From NCBI GenBank assembly GCA_963662465.1, contig OY759599.1:2656001-2720000 (forward strand): a DNA stretch of 64,000 bases, written 5' to 3'. Under the pieces are notes generated by a model. The model saw only the letters and a list, made by a program, of their open reading frames with translations. It searched no databases and was not told the DNA's origin. The position numbers and the translations under genes are program-made. Origin of the DNA: Desulfatiglandales bacterium (GTDB lineage: Bacteria; Desulfobacterota; DSM-4660; Desulfatiglandales; Desulfatiglandaceae). Positions 51,539 through 61,999 of this stretch are shown here, piece by piece (the stretch's first letter is position 1; each line of letters opens with the position of its first letter).

Positions 51539-53083
51539 CTAAAATGGCGGAATGCCGTGTTTCTTCTCCGGCCGCGACTCGACTTTGTATTCGGAAATTT
51601 CAAGGCAGTGCAGTAAAATGTCCCTTGTCTCCTCCGGTTCGATCACCGAGTCAATATATCCTTTCGAGGCCGCCACAAAGGGGTTGGAAAATTTGTCTCG
51701 GTATTCCTCGATCTTCACCTGTCTCATGGCTTCGGGATCTTCAGCCGCGTTGATCTCCTTTCTGAAAATAATATTGGCTGCGCCCTCGGGTCCCATGACC
51801 GCAATTTCAGCGCCGGGCCAGGCAAAAACAAAATCCGCTTTCAGATGTCTGGAGTTCATGGCAACATATCCGCCGCCATAGGCTTTTCGGAGGATTACCG
51901 TAATGCGCGGCACGCTGGCCTCGCTGTATGCATACAGCAACTTGGCGCCGTGACGGATCACGCCCGCATGCTCCTGGTCGATTCCGGGCAGGTATCCGGG
52001 CAGATCTTCAAATGTGATCAGGGGGATATTGAACGCATCACAATATCGAATAAACCGTGCGGCCTTGTCGGAAGAATCACAATCCAGAACCCCTGCAAGC
52101 ACCAGTGGCTGATTGGCCACAAAACCCACGGGACGGCCATTCATTCGGGCAAAACCGATGACGATATTGCCTGCCCATCTCTCATGAACTTCAAAAAAAT
52201 GCGAACTGTCCACCACCGCCCGGATCACATCCCTGACATCGTAGGGCAGGGCCGGATCACTGGGGACAATTTCCTCTATTTTTCTCCCTTTTCTGGGCTT
52301 TCTGGGCGGCAGTATCACCGGTTTCTTGGTATTGTTCCAGGGGATAAAGCTGATCAGGTCTTTGATCTGTTCGAAACATTCCGTTTCGCTTTCAGCAAAA
52401 AAATGAGCATTGCCGGTGATTTCACAGTGGACTTTAGCGCCTCCCAGATCCTCCATGCTGATTTCTTCTCCCAGGACAGTCTTGATGACTTGGGGACCAG
52501 TAATAAACATTTGTGAAATTTTATCCACCACAAAAACAAAGTCGGTCAGTGCGGGCGAATAAACGGCGCCCCCCGCGCATGGACCGAGGATAACGGATAT
52601 TTGAGGGATAACGCCGGAAGCAATGGCGTTCCGATAGAAAATCTCGCCATAGCCCGCCAGGGAATTTACGCCTTCCTGGACACGGGCGCCGCCGGAGTCA
52701 TTGATACCGATAAGGGGAACCCTCAATTTCATGGCATGGTCCATGATTTTGGTAATTTTATGGGCATGCATCAGGCCCAGAGACCCGCCTGCCACCGTAA
52801 AATCCTGGGCATAAATACACACGGGTTTTCCGCTTATCTTTCCGGTGCCGGTAATGACGCCGTCACCGTGAAGAATCTTTTTGTCCATATCAAAATCTCT
52901 TGCCTCATGCTTGGCAAAAAGATCGTATTCCTGAAATGAATCTTTGTCCAAAAGCGCTAAGATCCTTTGTCTGGCCGTCATTTTGCCCATGGCCGCCTGC
53001 TTTTCAGTAGCCTTGCGCCCGCCGCCCTGGAGGGCCTCAGCTCTTTTTTTGATCAAATCAAGCGTTTTTTTCTTTAAAGACAT
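51539..53083 (-). CDS. acyl-CoA carboxyltransferase beta chain (PccB/MmdA family)
   Basis: QDFTVAGGSLG, DSGGARVQEG, GPCAGGAVYSPA, RKAYGG, KKHGIPP; start reassigned to ATG 53083. Confidence 0.95.
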   Translation of the reverse strand: MSLKKKTLDLIKKRAEALQGGGRKATEKQAAMGKMTARQRILALLDKDSFQEYDLFAKHEARDFDMDKKILHGDGVITGTGKISGKPVCIYAQDFTVAGGSLGLMHAHKITKIMDHAMKLRVPLIGINDSGGARVQEGVNSLAGYGEIFYRNAIASGVIPQISVILGPCAGGAVYSPALTDFVFVVDKISQMFITGPQVIKTVLGEEISMEDLGGAKVHCEITGNAHFFAESETECFEQIKDLISFIPWNNTKKPVILPPRKPRKGRKIEEIVPSDPALPYDVRDVIRAVVDSSHFFEVHERWAGNIVIGFARMNGRPVGFVANQPLVLAGVLDCDSSDKAARFIRYCDAFNIPLITFEDLPGYLPGIDQEHAGVIRHGAKLLYAYSEASVPRITVILRKAYGGGYVAMNSRHLKADFVFAWPGAEIAVMGPEGAANIIFRKEINAAEDPEAMRQVKIEEYRDKFSNPFVAASKGYIDSVIEPEETRDILLHCLEISEYKVESRPEKKHGIPPF

Positions 53084-53200
53084 AACAATGTAACCTTTTG
53101 AAAAATCTTCATTAAAAAAAATGCTCACAGCCGCCGGTTTGGCCCCCTCGATAAGATTACGCGGGGTTCCCATCACCACGGCTGGAGCAATATGATGATA

Positions 53201-53599
53201 TCATTTTACAAATTCGAAGAGGCTGAACTTAGACGCTTTTTTATCAAAGGTCAAAACAGCCTCGCAACCCTTTATTTGAGCAGAATGCGCAATCAGAAGG
53301 TCCGAAAGATCATAGGTATTTCCATTTGCGGCATGTACGAATTGTTGTAAAGCTGACTGGCAATCAAATTTTAAAATCGGCATCAATAAAAGGTCGCTGA
53401 TAGAATCCAGAATTTCAGCTCTTGAAATTTCATAAACAGATTCTAAAACCCAAATCATTTCTAAAACAACAAGCAATGGCACAAATAGTTCGTTTTTCTC
53501 TGACTCCGCTTTTTTGAACATTGTATAGACTTTTTTTGATTGCAGTTCATCATCACCCACTAAAAACCGAATCAAAATATTCGTATCCAGTGCCTTCAT
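53201..53599 (-). CDS. vapC: VapC PIN-domain toxin
   Basis: ALDTNILIR, LEMIWVL, LSDLLI, TFD. Confidence 0.9.
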   Translation of the reverse strand: MKALDTNILIRFLVGDDELQSKKVYTMFKKAESEKNELFVPLLVVLEMIWVLESVYEISRAEILDSISDLLLMPILKFDCQSALQQFVHAANGNTYDLSDLLIAHSAQIKGCEAVLTFDKKASKFSLFEFVK

Positions 53600-53844
53600 T
53601 TGAATTTGACCCTCATTCTATTTCTGATGGCATCGTCCATATTTTCAAGGGATACGGATTCTCTTCCGGGTTTATGCAATTTGCGGAAAATTTCGTCTAC
53701 TTTTTTAGACACAGGTCTGATGATGGCCTCTCTTTTTTCCGTGAGAATAATCTCAATTTTGTCACCGGTATTTAATTTTAGAGAGTCTCTAATCATTTTG
53801 GGAATAGTCACCTGCCCCTTAGTGGTGATGGTCGCTAACGCCAT
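53596..53844 (-). CDS. AbrB/MazE-family antitoxin
   Basis: ATITTKGQVTIPKMIR..L.L.TGD; ATGA overlap; upstream TTGACA-N17-TACAAG overlapping a CTTAC/GTAAG dyad. Confidence 0.9.
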   Translation of the reverse strand: MALATITTKGQVTIPKMIRDSLKLNTGDKIEIILTEKREAIIRPVSKKVDEIFRKLHKPGRESVSLENMDDAIRNRMRVKFK

Positions 53845-53928
53845 AACTCTCTCCTTACTTAAATATTGATTCTTACTTACTTGTAAGGCGATGGATAAAA
53901 AATGTCAAGGAATAATTTGAAATACAGA

Positions 53929-56900
53929 TCAGGCGCGGCTGCCCCCGAATCGTTCCTGAAGGCTGTTCAGCAGCGAGCAGAGGACCGGCACCACCACCAG
54001 GGTCAACAGGGTGGCCACGGCCAGACCGAAAATCACCGCTACGGCCATGGGCCCCCACCACTGACTGGACTCATTGCCGATATCCCAGGCAACATTGCGA
54101 AAATCAAAGCTGATGCCCGTGGCCATGGGCAACAGCCCTAGAATGGTGGTGATGGCCGTCAGCATCACCGGCCGAAACCGCACCAGGCCCGCCTTGATGA
54201 GGGCTTCCCGAGCCGCCATGCCCCGCTCTTTAAGCTGGTTGTAATAGTCGATCAAAACGATGGCATTGTTAACCACGACGCCCGCCAGGCTGATAACACC
54301 AATGCCGGTCATAATGACGCCGAATGCGGTATCCGTTATTAAAAGCCCTAAGAATACGCCAATGAGGGAAAGAAGAACGGACGTCAAAATAATAAAGGGC
54401 GTCATAAAAGAATTAAACTGGGTAACCAGAATCAGGAAGATAATAAACAGCGCGGCCACAAAGGCCTTGCTCAGAAATGCAGCGGACTTTGCCTGTTCCT
54501 CCTGCTCCCCCGAAAAACGATAAGAATACCCACGGGGCCAGTCAATGCGCGTCCCCAGATACGTTTCAATATCCTGGATCACATCATTGGCCAGCCTTCC
54601 GGAAACATCCCCCGAGATAGTGACCACCCGTTTCTGATCCAGCCGCATGATGGCCCCAAGCCCGCTGCTGAGCGTAATCTTTGCCAGACTCGTCAGGGGT
54701 ATGGGCTCTCCTTTGGGGCCTGAAACCGTGATCCGCTTGAGACTCTCAAGAGAATGGCGATCCTTGTCGGGCAGACGGGCGATAATATCGTATTCATCCT
54801 TCCCTTCCCGATAAACGCCCACTTTGGCGCCATTAATGGCGGTCTTTACGGTATAGGCAATGGCATAGGTATCCAGACCCATCAATGCGGCCTTTTCCTT
54901 GTCCACCCGAACCCGAATTTCGGGCTTTCCTTTCACGAAATTATCCTTCAAATCCACAAGGCCCGGAATATTCTTGATCTCTTTTCTGATTTTCGCCGCC
55001 AGGTCTCCCAGCACATGAATATCTTTCCCGGAAATTTCCAGATTCACCGGGGCGCCGGTGGGGGGACCTTCCTTTTCCTTTTCCACCTGCACCTCAGCGC
55101 CTTTGACGGTGTTCAGAGCCTCTTCCCGAACCTCCCGCACCACGGTGGATGAAAGGGTTTTGCGGTCATGAAAATCCTTGAAATCGAGCGCCACACGATT
55201 GATATGGGTCCCCGTACCCCCTTGGGAAAAAGGATCGCCCCCTTCCGCGCCGATGTTGGAAATCACATACCGAATGTCTTCATATTTAGATACGATGTTT
55301 TCCACCAGCCGAACCAGCTTGTCCGAAGCATCCAGGTTCGTGCCTTCGGGGGCCTTGACATTGACATAGGCCCGCCGGGGTTCGGACTCGGGCATGAATT
55401 CGCTCCCTTTTCCAAAAGCCCCATACAGAACAATGGACCCCACCAGAAGCAGAAAAGAGGTAAGGACCACAATCAGCCGGTGATTCAAGGACCAGTTTAG
55501 AAGAGCAAGATAAATCCGTTTAACAAGGGGCTCTTTAGATGGGTTCTTTTTGGTCTTAAGGGGCTTTGCGGTCTGATACCGGGCCGAAAGCACGGGATTG
55601 ATCACCAGTGCCACAAAAAGCGAGGCAGTGAGGGCCATGATGAGCGTCTCAGGCAAATATCCCATGAACTCGCCCATGATTCCGGGCCAGAACAGCATGG
55701 GCATAAAAGCCCCAAGGGTGGTCATGGTGGAGGTGATTACCGGCCAGGCCACCTGGTTGGCGCCGGTGAGGGCCGCCTCGTTCCGACTCATGCCCTGTTG
55801 AATATGCCGGTAGATGTTCTCCACAATGACGATCCCGTTATCCACCAGCATGCCCAGGGCCAGAATCAGGGAAAACAGCACCACCATGTTGAGGGTCACA
55901 TCAAAGGCGGCCAGGAGAATGAAGGTGATAAACATGGAATAAGGAATGGCCAGGGCCACGAAAATCGCGGACCGCCCTCCGATAAAGAGCAGGATAACCG
56001 CCACCACCAGAATCAGGCCGGAAAGGATGTTGTTCTCCAGGTCCGCCACCATCAGCCGAACATCGTTGCTCATGTCGCTTGTGAGGTCGATTTTGAGGGT
56101 AGGCGGCAGGAGCGGTTTCATTTCCTTGACAATGGCCTTGACCTGGTCCGTCACCTCGACAATATTCTCGCCGCTGCGCTTCTGGATGGCCAGGGTGACG
56201 CTCTTAACCCCATTAAAGCGGCTTCGCGTGAGGGGATCCTTATAGCTGTCCCGGATAAAAGCCACATCCCTCAGGTACACCGGCTTGCCGTCCCGCACAA
56301 AGGCCACAATGGAAAAGATTTCCGCCGGATCCTGGAAATCCTCCGGTACGCGAATCAGGTATTTGCCCTGGCCGATATCCATGCTGCCGCCGGGCATGTT
56401 CACGTTGCTCTTGGTCACCGCGTTGATGAGACTTGAAAAGGGAACCCGGTAGGCCCCCACCCGATCCAGGTCCAGCTCCACGTGGATCTCCCGTTCCAAG
56501 CCGCCGCTCAAGCGGGCGTCCAGTACCCCCGGGACGGACTCAAACTGGTCTTCCATATCCTCGGCGAATTTCTGCAAACGCCTGAGGCTGAAAGGACCGG
56601 ATAAAACCACTCGAATGATGGGGAGATCTGAAAAGTTGACCTCCTGAAGCACCGGGTCATCGGGGAGATCCCTCGGCAGGTCCTTCCTGGCCTGGTCCAC
56701 CTTGTCCCTGACCTTCTGGAGGGCATCGTCGATATCTACGGATGGAAGGAATTTGACCGCTACCGTGGAAATGCCCTCGGCGGACGTAGAGCGAATCTCC
56801 TCCACATCGGAAATCCCTTTTAGTTTTCGCTCAATGGGAATGGAGATCAGCTTCTCCATATCCTCGGGGGCTACCCCTTCGTAGGTCGTGGTCACAAAGA

Positions 56901-57033
56901 CGTAGGGGATGGTGATATCCGGAAAATTTTCCCTTGGGAGCGTCACATAGCAGTAAACCCCGGCGATCAGAATAAAGGCCATGAGGGTCAGAACGGTGAC
57001 CTGCCTCTTGAGTGCGACCTGATTGAGGATCAT
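53929..57033 (-). CDS. RND efflux permease (AcrB family)
   Basis: 1034 aa; GMLVDNGIVIVENI, GVVVNNAIVL, RFRPVMLT. Confidence 0.95.
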   Translation of the reverse strand: MILNQVALKRQVTVLTLMAFILIAGVYCYVTLPRENFPDITIPYVFVTTTYEGVAPEDMEKLISIPIERKLKGISDVEEIRSTSAEGISTVAVKFLPSVDIDDALQKVRDKVDQARKDLPRDLPDDPVLQEVNFSDLPIIRVVLSGPFSLRRLQKFAEDMEDQFESVPGVLDARLSGGLEREIHVELDLDRVGAYRVPFSSLINAVTKSNVNMPGGSMDIGQGKYLIRVPEDFQDPAEIFSIVAFVRDGKPVYLRDVAFIRDSYKDPLTRSRFNGVKSVTLAIQKRSGENIVEVTDQVKAIVKEMKPLLPPTLKIDLTSDMSNDVRLMVADLENNILSGLILVVAVILLFIGGRSAIFVALAIPYSMFITFILLAAFDVTLNMVVLFSLILALGMLVDNGIVIVENIYRHIQQGMSRNEAALTGANQVAWPVITSTMTTLGAFMPMLFWPGIMGEFMGYLPETLIMALTASLFVALVINPVLSARYQTAKPLKTKKNPSKEPLVKRIYLALLNWSLNHRLIVVLTSFLLLVGSIVLYGAFGKGSEFMPESEPRRAYVNVKAPEGTNLDASDKLVRLVENIVSKYEDIRYVISNIGAEGGDPFSQGGTGTHINRVALDFKDFHDRKTLSSTVVREVREEALNTVKGAEVQVEKEKEGPPTGAPVNLEISGKDIHVLGDLAAKIRKEIKNIPGLVDLKDNFVKGKPEIRVRVDKEKAALMGLDTYAIAYTVKTAINGAKVGVYREGKDEYDIIARLPDKDRHSLESLKRITVSGPKGEPIPLTSLAKITLSSGLGAIMRLDQKRVVTISGDVSGRLANDVIQDIETYLGTRIDWPRGYSYRFSGEQEEQAKSAAFLSKAFVAALFIIFLILVTQFNSFMTPFIILTSVLLSLIGVFLGLLITDTAFGVIMTGIGVISLAGVVVNNAIVLIDYYNQLKERGMAAREALIKAGLVRFRPVMLTAITTILGLLPMATGISFDFRNVAWDIGNESSQWWGPMAVAVIFGLAVATLLTLVVVPVLCSLLNSLQERFGGSRA

Positions 57034-58079
57034 TGGGTTTGAACCTTCATCCCTTCCTCAACGTCTCTCTGACCAGTCACGATCAGACGATCTCCCGGCC
57101 TCAACCCGTCGGTAATCTGGACCCGGTCTCCCTCGATGACCCCGATGGAAACGGTCCGAGCATGGGCAATGCCGTCTTCTTCCACAAACAGGAGACGTTC
57201 GCCCCCTTTGTCCAGGATGGCGAACAGGGGCGCGGAAAGCGCATCGGGAATCATGCGCCGAAGGAAAATCACACGGGCAATCATCCCCGGTCTGATGTCG
57301 TGGTTCGGATTATCAATCAGGACCCTTACCCGGAAGGTCTTGGTAGCGGAATCCGCCTTAAAGGAAACAAAATCCACCTTTCCCCGCATGCGGCGGTCCG
57401 GAAAAGCGTCTATCCCAACCGTGACCTCCTGCCCCTTTTTCAGATAACGGACATCCAGTTCCGGCACATTCACGTGAATTTTAATCTTGTCCACATTGAC
57501 CAAATCCACCATGGGCTGACCTCGGTTGACAAACTCGCCTTCATCCACATGCAGATAATTCACCATGCCGCTGATGGGGGAGTGAGGAAATCCACGATCA
57601 TATTCCACCTTGGCCTTGACCAGATCGCTTTCAGCCAATGCCTTATCGGTACGGGCCCGCTCCAATGCCTCCTGATGAACGATCCCCCGATCAAAAAGGG
57701 TCTTGCGCCGTTCATAAAGATCCTTTGTCAGTTCAGCGGAAGCCTCGGACCGGGTAATGATTGTTTTCAAAGCCGAAACATCAATTCTGGCCAGAAGTTG
57801 TCCTTTCTTGACCGCGTCGCCTTCTTTTGGGCCGATCCACTCCACGCGGCCGTCCTTATCGGAGGCCACCAGAACGTCCTGCCAGGCCTCGGTTTCCCCC
57901 GGCAACACCAGGATATCCCGAATGGGCGCAGGCGTCACTTCCGCCACGTCCACCTTAATCACTTTTGCAACGTTCTGTCCCTTTTCAGCCTCCGCTCGAC
58001 TTTCCGAGCCACGACACCCCCCTAAGGCAACCAGAAGAAGTAACACGCCCAACCCCAGCCATCGCAACCGGCATTTCAT
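57030..58079 (-). CDS. RND periplasmic adaptor (membrane fusion protein)
   Basis: Lipoprotein-like signal, EGDAVKKGQLL, SPISG, IRPGM. Confidence 0.93.
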   Translation of the reverse strand: MKCRLRWLGLGVLLLLVALGGCRGSESRAEAEKGQNVAKVIKVDVAEVTPAPIRDILVLPGETEAWQDVLVASDKDGRVEWIGPKEGDAVKKGQLLARIDVSALKTIITRSEASAELTKDLYERRKTLFDRGIVHQEALERARTDKALAESDLVKAKVEYDRGFPHSPISGMVNYLHVDEGEFVNRGQPMVDLVNVDKIKIHVNVPELDVRYLKKGQEVTVGIDAFPDRRMRGKVDFVSFKADSATKTFRVRVLIDNPNHDIRPGMIARVIFLRRMIPDALSAPLFAILDKGGERLLFVEEDGIAHARTVSIGVIEGDRVQITDGLRPGDRLIVTGQRDVEEGMKVQTQ

Positions 58080-58129
58080 GAATGACCCTCGCTTTCATAT
58101 TGAATTTCCCGATTCCAAAAAGGATTGCG

Positions 58130-58618
58130 TTACAGCCAAGAGTTGAATTTTTCCCAGAATTCCTTGTCGCTGGTCTGCCAGTCAGGACCGAATTTCTTTT
58201 CGTAAAAGGAACCCATCCGCTCGATCCATCGATTCCACGGAAGCTTTCCTTTTTTCCGGGCAACCAGGATATCCTTTAGATATTTCGCGATATGAATCAT
58301 TTCCTCTTTCGGAACATAAAAGGCGGCTCCGCCCTTGAAAGACCTCACCGTATGGCTTACGCTCAGCGCATTGGCCGTCAACATGACCGCGGGAACCTCT
58401 TTATCGTTAGCAATTTCCAGAAGTTTATATCCATCCACACCCATGATATCCAGAACCGCAATATCAAAGGACTCCTGCTCGAGTTGTTCCCTTGCGTCTT
58501 CAAAAGTGGACGCTTTCACAAGACTGCACATGGGCAGCAGATCTTCAAGGGTATCCAGCACGTCAGGTTCATCGTCCACAACAAGAACCCTTTTTCCTTC
58601 CAGCAAATCTTTTGTCAT
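58130..58618 (-). CDS. single-domain response regulator with a Trp-rich C-terminal tail
   Basis: VLVVDDE, VLDIMG, MLTAN, VPKE; tail WNRWIERMGSFYEKKFGPDWQTSDKEFW. Start reassigned to ATG 58618. Confidence 0.88.
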   Translation of the reverse strand: MTKDLLEGKRVLVVDDEPDVLDTLEDLLPMCSLVKASTFEDAREQLEQESFDIAVLDIMGVDGYKLLEIANDKEVPAVMLTANALSVSHTVRSFKGGAAFYVPKEEMIHIAKYLKDILVARKKGKLPWNRWIERMGSFYEKKFGPDWQTSDKEFWEKFNSWL

Positions 58619-58924
58619 AACCGTAAGCTCTCCAAAAAAATTCAGGCATAATTTCTGGTTTAAATGTTTATAGGGTAACGCTTTCTGAGGCTCTTTCAAG
58701 GCCCGTCTTTGAAAAAAAACAGACAAACAGGATACAAATATCGTCTGAACCCGGCGTAAGACGGCAGTTCAAAAAAAGGAATTTGCACTCATAACGGTCC
58801 TATGGTAGAAATTCCGCAGTGGCCGTATCACCCACTGATTTGAAGTTCACCAGGGGAAGATATAAGACCGTTATACATGCCAGGACGCTATTTAACATAA
58901 AAACCAAGCTGGAAAAACCGGAAA

Positions 58925-60271
58925 ATGATAAAATCATTTTTTAACTATGATGCATGTCTTGAACGACTGCTGGCAATGAAGGCCTGGGTGTGGTCCAATA
59001 TTTTCATCTGGGAAAATATCGTCCAGATCCTGGTACAGATCTCCGTGTTATTGGCCGCATGGATCATCGGAACCCTTATCGGTCGATGGACCCGCAAAAT
59101 GATCACCAACCGGGTCAAGACGTCGTCGTTAAAAAATCGGCACATCATGGGCTTTCTAAATCGTTTGCTCAACTTGTTGCCGCTCATTTTCAGCGCCTTT
59201 GCACTCTGGTTGTGCATTCAGGGCATCGACCGAATCGGCTACCCAACTTTTTTGATGAAACTCTTTCTCAACCTGAGCATTGCCTGGGTTGTCATTCAGC
59301 TGGCCACATCCATCATTCTGGACCGGTTCTGGTCCAAAATTATTGCTGCGGCATGCTGGCTGCTGGCCGCTCTCAATATCCTGGGCGTTCTTGATGAAAC
59401 CGTTTCCCTGTTTGAGAATATCGGATTTACGGTTGGGGATGTAAATCTGACGCTGCTTTCCGTCATCAAGGCCGTGTTGGTTTTGATGATTCTCCTTCGA
59501 GGCGTGAACTGGATCACCGGATACATGGAACGTAAGCTATCCGGTGTTTCCGAACTGACCCCTTCCACCCGTTTGATGCTGATCAAAAGCATCAATATCG
59601 CCTTGATATTCATGGTGACGCTGGTGGCGCTGAACAGCGTAGGCATTGACCTGTCGGCCCTGGCTTTTTTCAGCGGCGCCATCGGTTTGGGCGTTGGATT
59701 CGGCTTGCAGAAGATTGTGGGAAATTTCGTCAGCGGCCTCATCCTGCTCTCGGACAAATCCGTCAAACCGGGAGATGTGGTGCAGTTGTCGGATGTTTAT
59801 GGTTTTGTCAAACACATGGGAGGACGCTGCGTTTCGGTGGTCACACGGGATGAAAAAGAATACCTGATTCCCAATGAGGATCTCATCACCCAGCAGGTCA
59901 TCAACTGGTCCCACTCATCCAGGAGAATCCGAATCAAGGTGCCGGTGGGCATCTCCTACAACGCGGACCCCCACAAAGCCATTGCACTGATCGAAGAAAC
60001 CGCCCAAGGCATCGAGAGAATCCTCGACAATCCGGCGCCTAAATGCCTGCTGGTGGGATTCGGAGACAACTCCGTGGACCTGCAATTGCGCTTCTGGATT
60101 CGGGACCCCCAAAACGGCGTGGCCAATATCACCAGCCGGGTTATGTTAAAGATATGGGATATTCTGAAAGAAAATAATATCGACATACCCTATCCCCAAA
60201 GAGATATACACCTGGACGCTGAATCGGCGTTGCGGGTGGTACACGTTTCTTCTCATCCACAACCATTTTAA
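58925..60271 (+). CDS. MscS-family mechanosensitive channel
   Basis: Multiple TM segments; GLGVGFGLQKIVGNFVSG, IPNE, INWS, IPYPQRD. Confidence 0.93.
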   Translation: MIKSFFNYDACLERLLAMKAWVWSNIFIWENIVQILVQISVLLAAWIIGTLIGRWTRKMITNRVKTSSLKNRHIMGFLNRLLNLLPLIFSAFALWLCIQGIDRIGYPTFLMKLFLNLSIAWVVIQLATSIILDRFWSKIIAAACWLLAALNILGVLDETVSLFENIGFTVGDVNLTLLSVIKAVLVLMILLRGVNWITGYMERKLSGVSELTPSTRLMLIKSINIALIFMVTLVALNSVGIDLSALAFFSGAIGLGVGFGLQKIVGNFVSGLILLSDKSVKPGDVVQLSDVYGFVKHMGGRCVSVVTRDEKEYLIPNEDLITQQVINWSHSSRRIRIKVPVGISYNADPHKAIALIEETAQGIERILDNPAPKCLLVGFGDNSVDLQLRFWIRDPQNGVANITSRVMLKIWDILKENNIDIPYPQRDIHLDAESALRVVHVSSHPQPF

Positions 60272-60432
60272 TGATCCCGGACTTGCATCGAAAAGTTCTT
60301 TATTTGAGGCTTTTATATTGACGGAGGATATTCCCGGTAGTAAGGTTCTGAAACTGATGATCTACCGTTCACTCAAAACACACATGATGAATCCTCCCGA
60401 ATTTATCATGAGCGCTACCTGAAAAAGCCCCT

Positions 60433-61518
60433 GTGCGCCCTAAAACCATGAATACTATCCAAAAAGCACTACTAGACTGGTATAGCAAAAACCGCCGCCC
60501 CCTTCCCTGGCGAAACACATCCGATCCTTACGGCATCTGGGTGTCCGAAGTGATGCTGCAGCAAACCCAGGTCAAAACGGTCATTCCCTATTACGAAAGA
60601 TTTCTCTCCGTTTTTCCCGATGCCGACACCCTGGCCCATGCCGACCTCCAGGAAGTACTCAAACTGTGGGAGGGCCTCGGCTATTACGCCCGTGCCCGCA
60701 ACCTTCACCGTGCGGCCCAAAGGATCATGGCATTTCACGGGGGATCAGTGCCGAACAGCCGGGCATCGCTGATGGCCCTTCCGGGCATTGGGGAGTATGT
60801 CGCCTGCGCCGTTTCAAGCATCGCTTACGGAAAACCTCACGCTGCCGTTGACGGGAACGTGAAACGGGTGCTGGCGCGATTTCACCGAATTGAGAACCCC
60901 GTCAACGATTCTTCATCCGGAAAGGTTCATAAGGCCGCAGCCGTAAAATTCCTCGAAAAATCTAATCCCGGCATGTTCAACCAGGCCATGATGGAATTGG
61001 GCGCCTTGGTCTGCACCCCCAGGAATCCTCGCTGCGACCATTGCCCCCTGAGCCGAAAATGCCGCGCTTTTGAGGAAAAAGCGGTAAGTCTTTATCCCCG
61101 ACGCGTCAAAAAAGCCCCCATACCGGAACATCACATCGCCGCGGGCGTCATCTGGAAAGGCTCACGGGTTCTCATTACCCAAAGAAAACCGGAGGGGCTT
61201 CTAGGGGGACTATGGGAATTTCCGGGAGGCAAAATAGAAAATGGCGAAACCCCGTCCGAGGCTTGCACCAGGGAAATCAAGGAAGAGGTCAACCTGGTGG
61301 TGGAACCTCAGGAACACATTGCCTGCATTCGGCATGCCTATACCCATTTCAAGATCGTCATGGATGTATTCCGGTGCAGCTACCGCAATGGGAGTATCCG
61401 GTTAACAAGCGCTGTGGATTTTCGGTGGATCCGACTTCATGAAATAGACCGCTTTCCATTTCCAGGCGCCAACCGAAAATTTATCCCCCTGATCAAATCA
61501 CCACAAAAAGGACGTTAA
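60433..61518 (+). CDS. mutY: A/G-specific adenine glycosylase with a C-terminal Nudix domain
   Basis: LPWR, VSEVMLQQT, WEGLGYYARARN, VDGNV, C-X6-C-X2-C-X5-C cluster, GLWEFPGG. Confidence 0.95.
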   Translation: MRPKTMNTIQKALLDWYSKNRRPLPWRNTSDPYGIWVSEVMLQQTQVKTVIPYYERFLSVFPDADTLAHADLQEVLKLWEGLGYYARARNLHRAAQRIMAFHGGSVPNSRASLMALPGIGEYVACAVSSIAYGKPHAAVDGNVKRVLARFHRIENPVNDSSSGKVHKAAAVKFLEKSNPGMFNQAMMELGALVCTPRNPRCDHCPLSRKCRAFEEKAVSLYPRRVKKAPIPEHHIAAGVIWKGSRVLITQRKPEGLLGGLWEFPGGKIENGETPSEACTREIKEEVNLVVEPQEHIACIRHAYTHFKIVMDVFRCSYRNGSIRLTSAVDFRWIRLHEIDRFPFPGANRKFIPLIKSPQKGR

Positions 61519-61522
61519 TCCC

Positions 61523-61978
61523 ATGCGGCTGTTCCGCCACATAATGGAAATGCCGGCACGCTTGGAAGACCTTCACAAGGCGCGACACTTTGTTCGTGAA
61601 TGCTGCCAAAACGACACGTTCCGGCAACTCACGGAAGAAAATCTCCTGAAATTGGAACTGGCCGTTCATGAAGCAACCGCCAATATTATCCGGCACGCCT
61701 ACCAAAACCGGTCGGACCGGCGAATCATTATAGAAATCCAGACACTTGAAAACCAAATCATGGTACATCTCAATCACTGGGGAACGCCATTTATCCCAAC
61801 ATCCGTGCCCCTTCCCATTCTTGACGGCACGGCGGAAAACGGCTTTGGTCTCTATTTGATGGCGCAATGCGTGGATAGCGTTGATTATGAATGCACCCCC
61901 ACTGGAAAAAACATCATCACGCTGCTAAAACGAAAGACCCGGCGAAGCACCCAAAAGAACATCGGGCTCGATTTGTAA
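61523..61978 (+). CDS. RsbW-like anti-sigma factor / Ser kinase (HATPase_c_2)
   Basis: LAVHEATANIIRHAY, GFGLYLM. Confidence 0.85.
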   Translation: MRLFRHIMEMPARLEDLHKARHFVRECCQNDTFRQLTEENLLKLELAVHEATANIIRHAYQNRSDRRIIIEIQTLENQIMVHLNHWGTPFIPTSVPLPILDGTAENGFGLYLMAQCVDSVDYECTPTGKNIITLLKRKTRRSTQKNIGLDL

Positions 61979-61999
61979 AAGAAATAGAAGGGGATTTAA

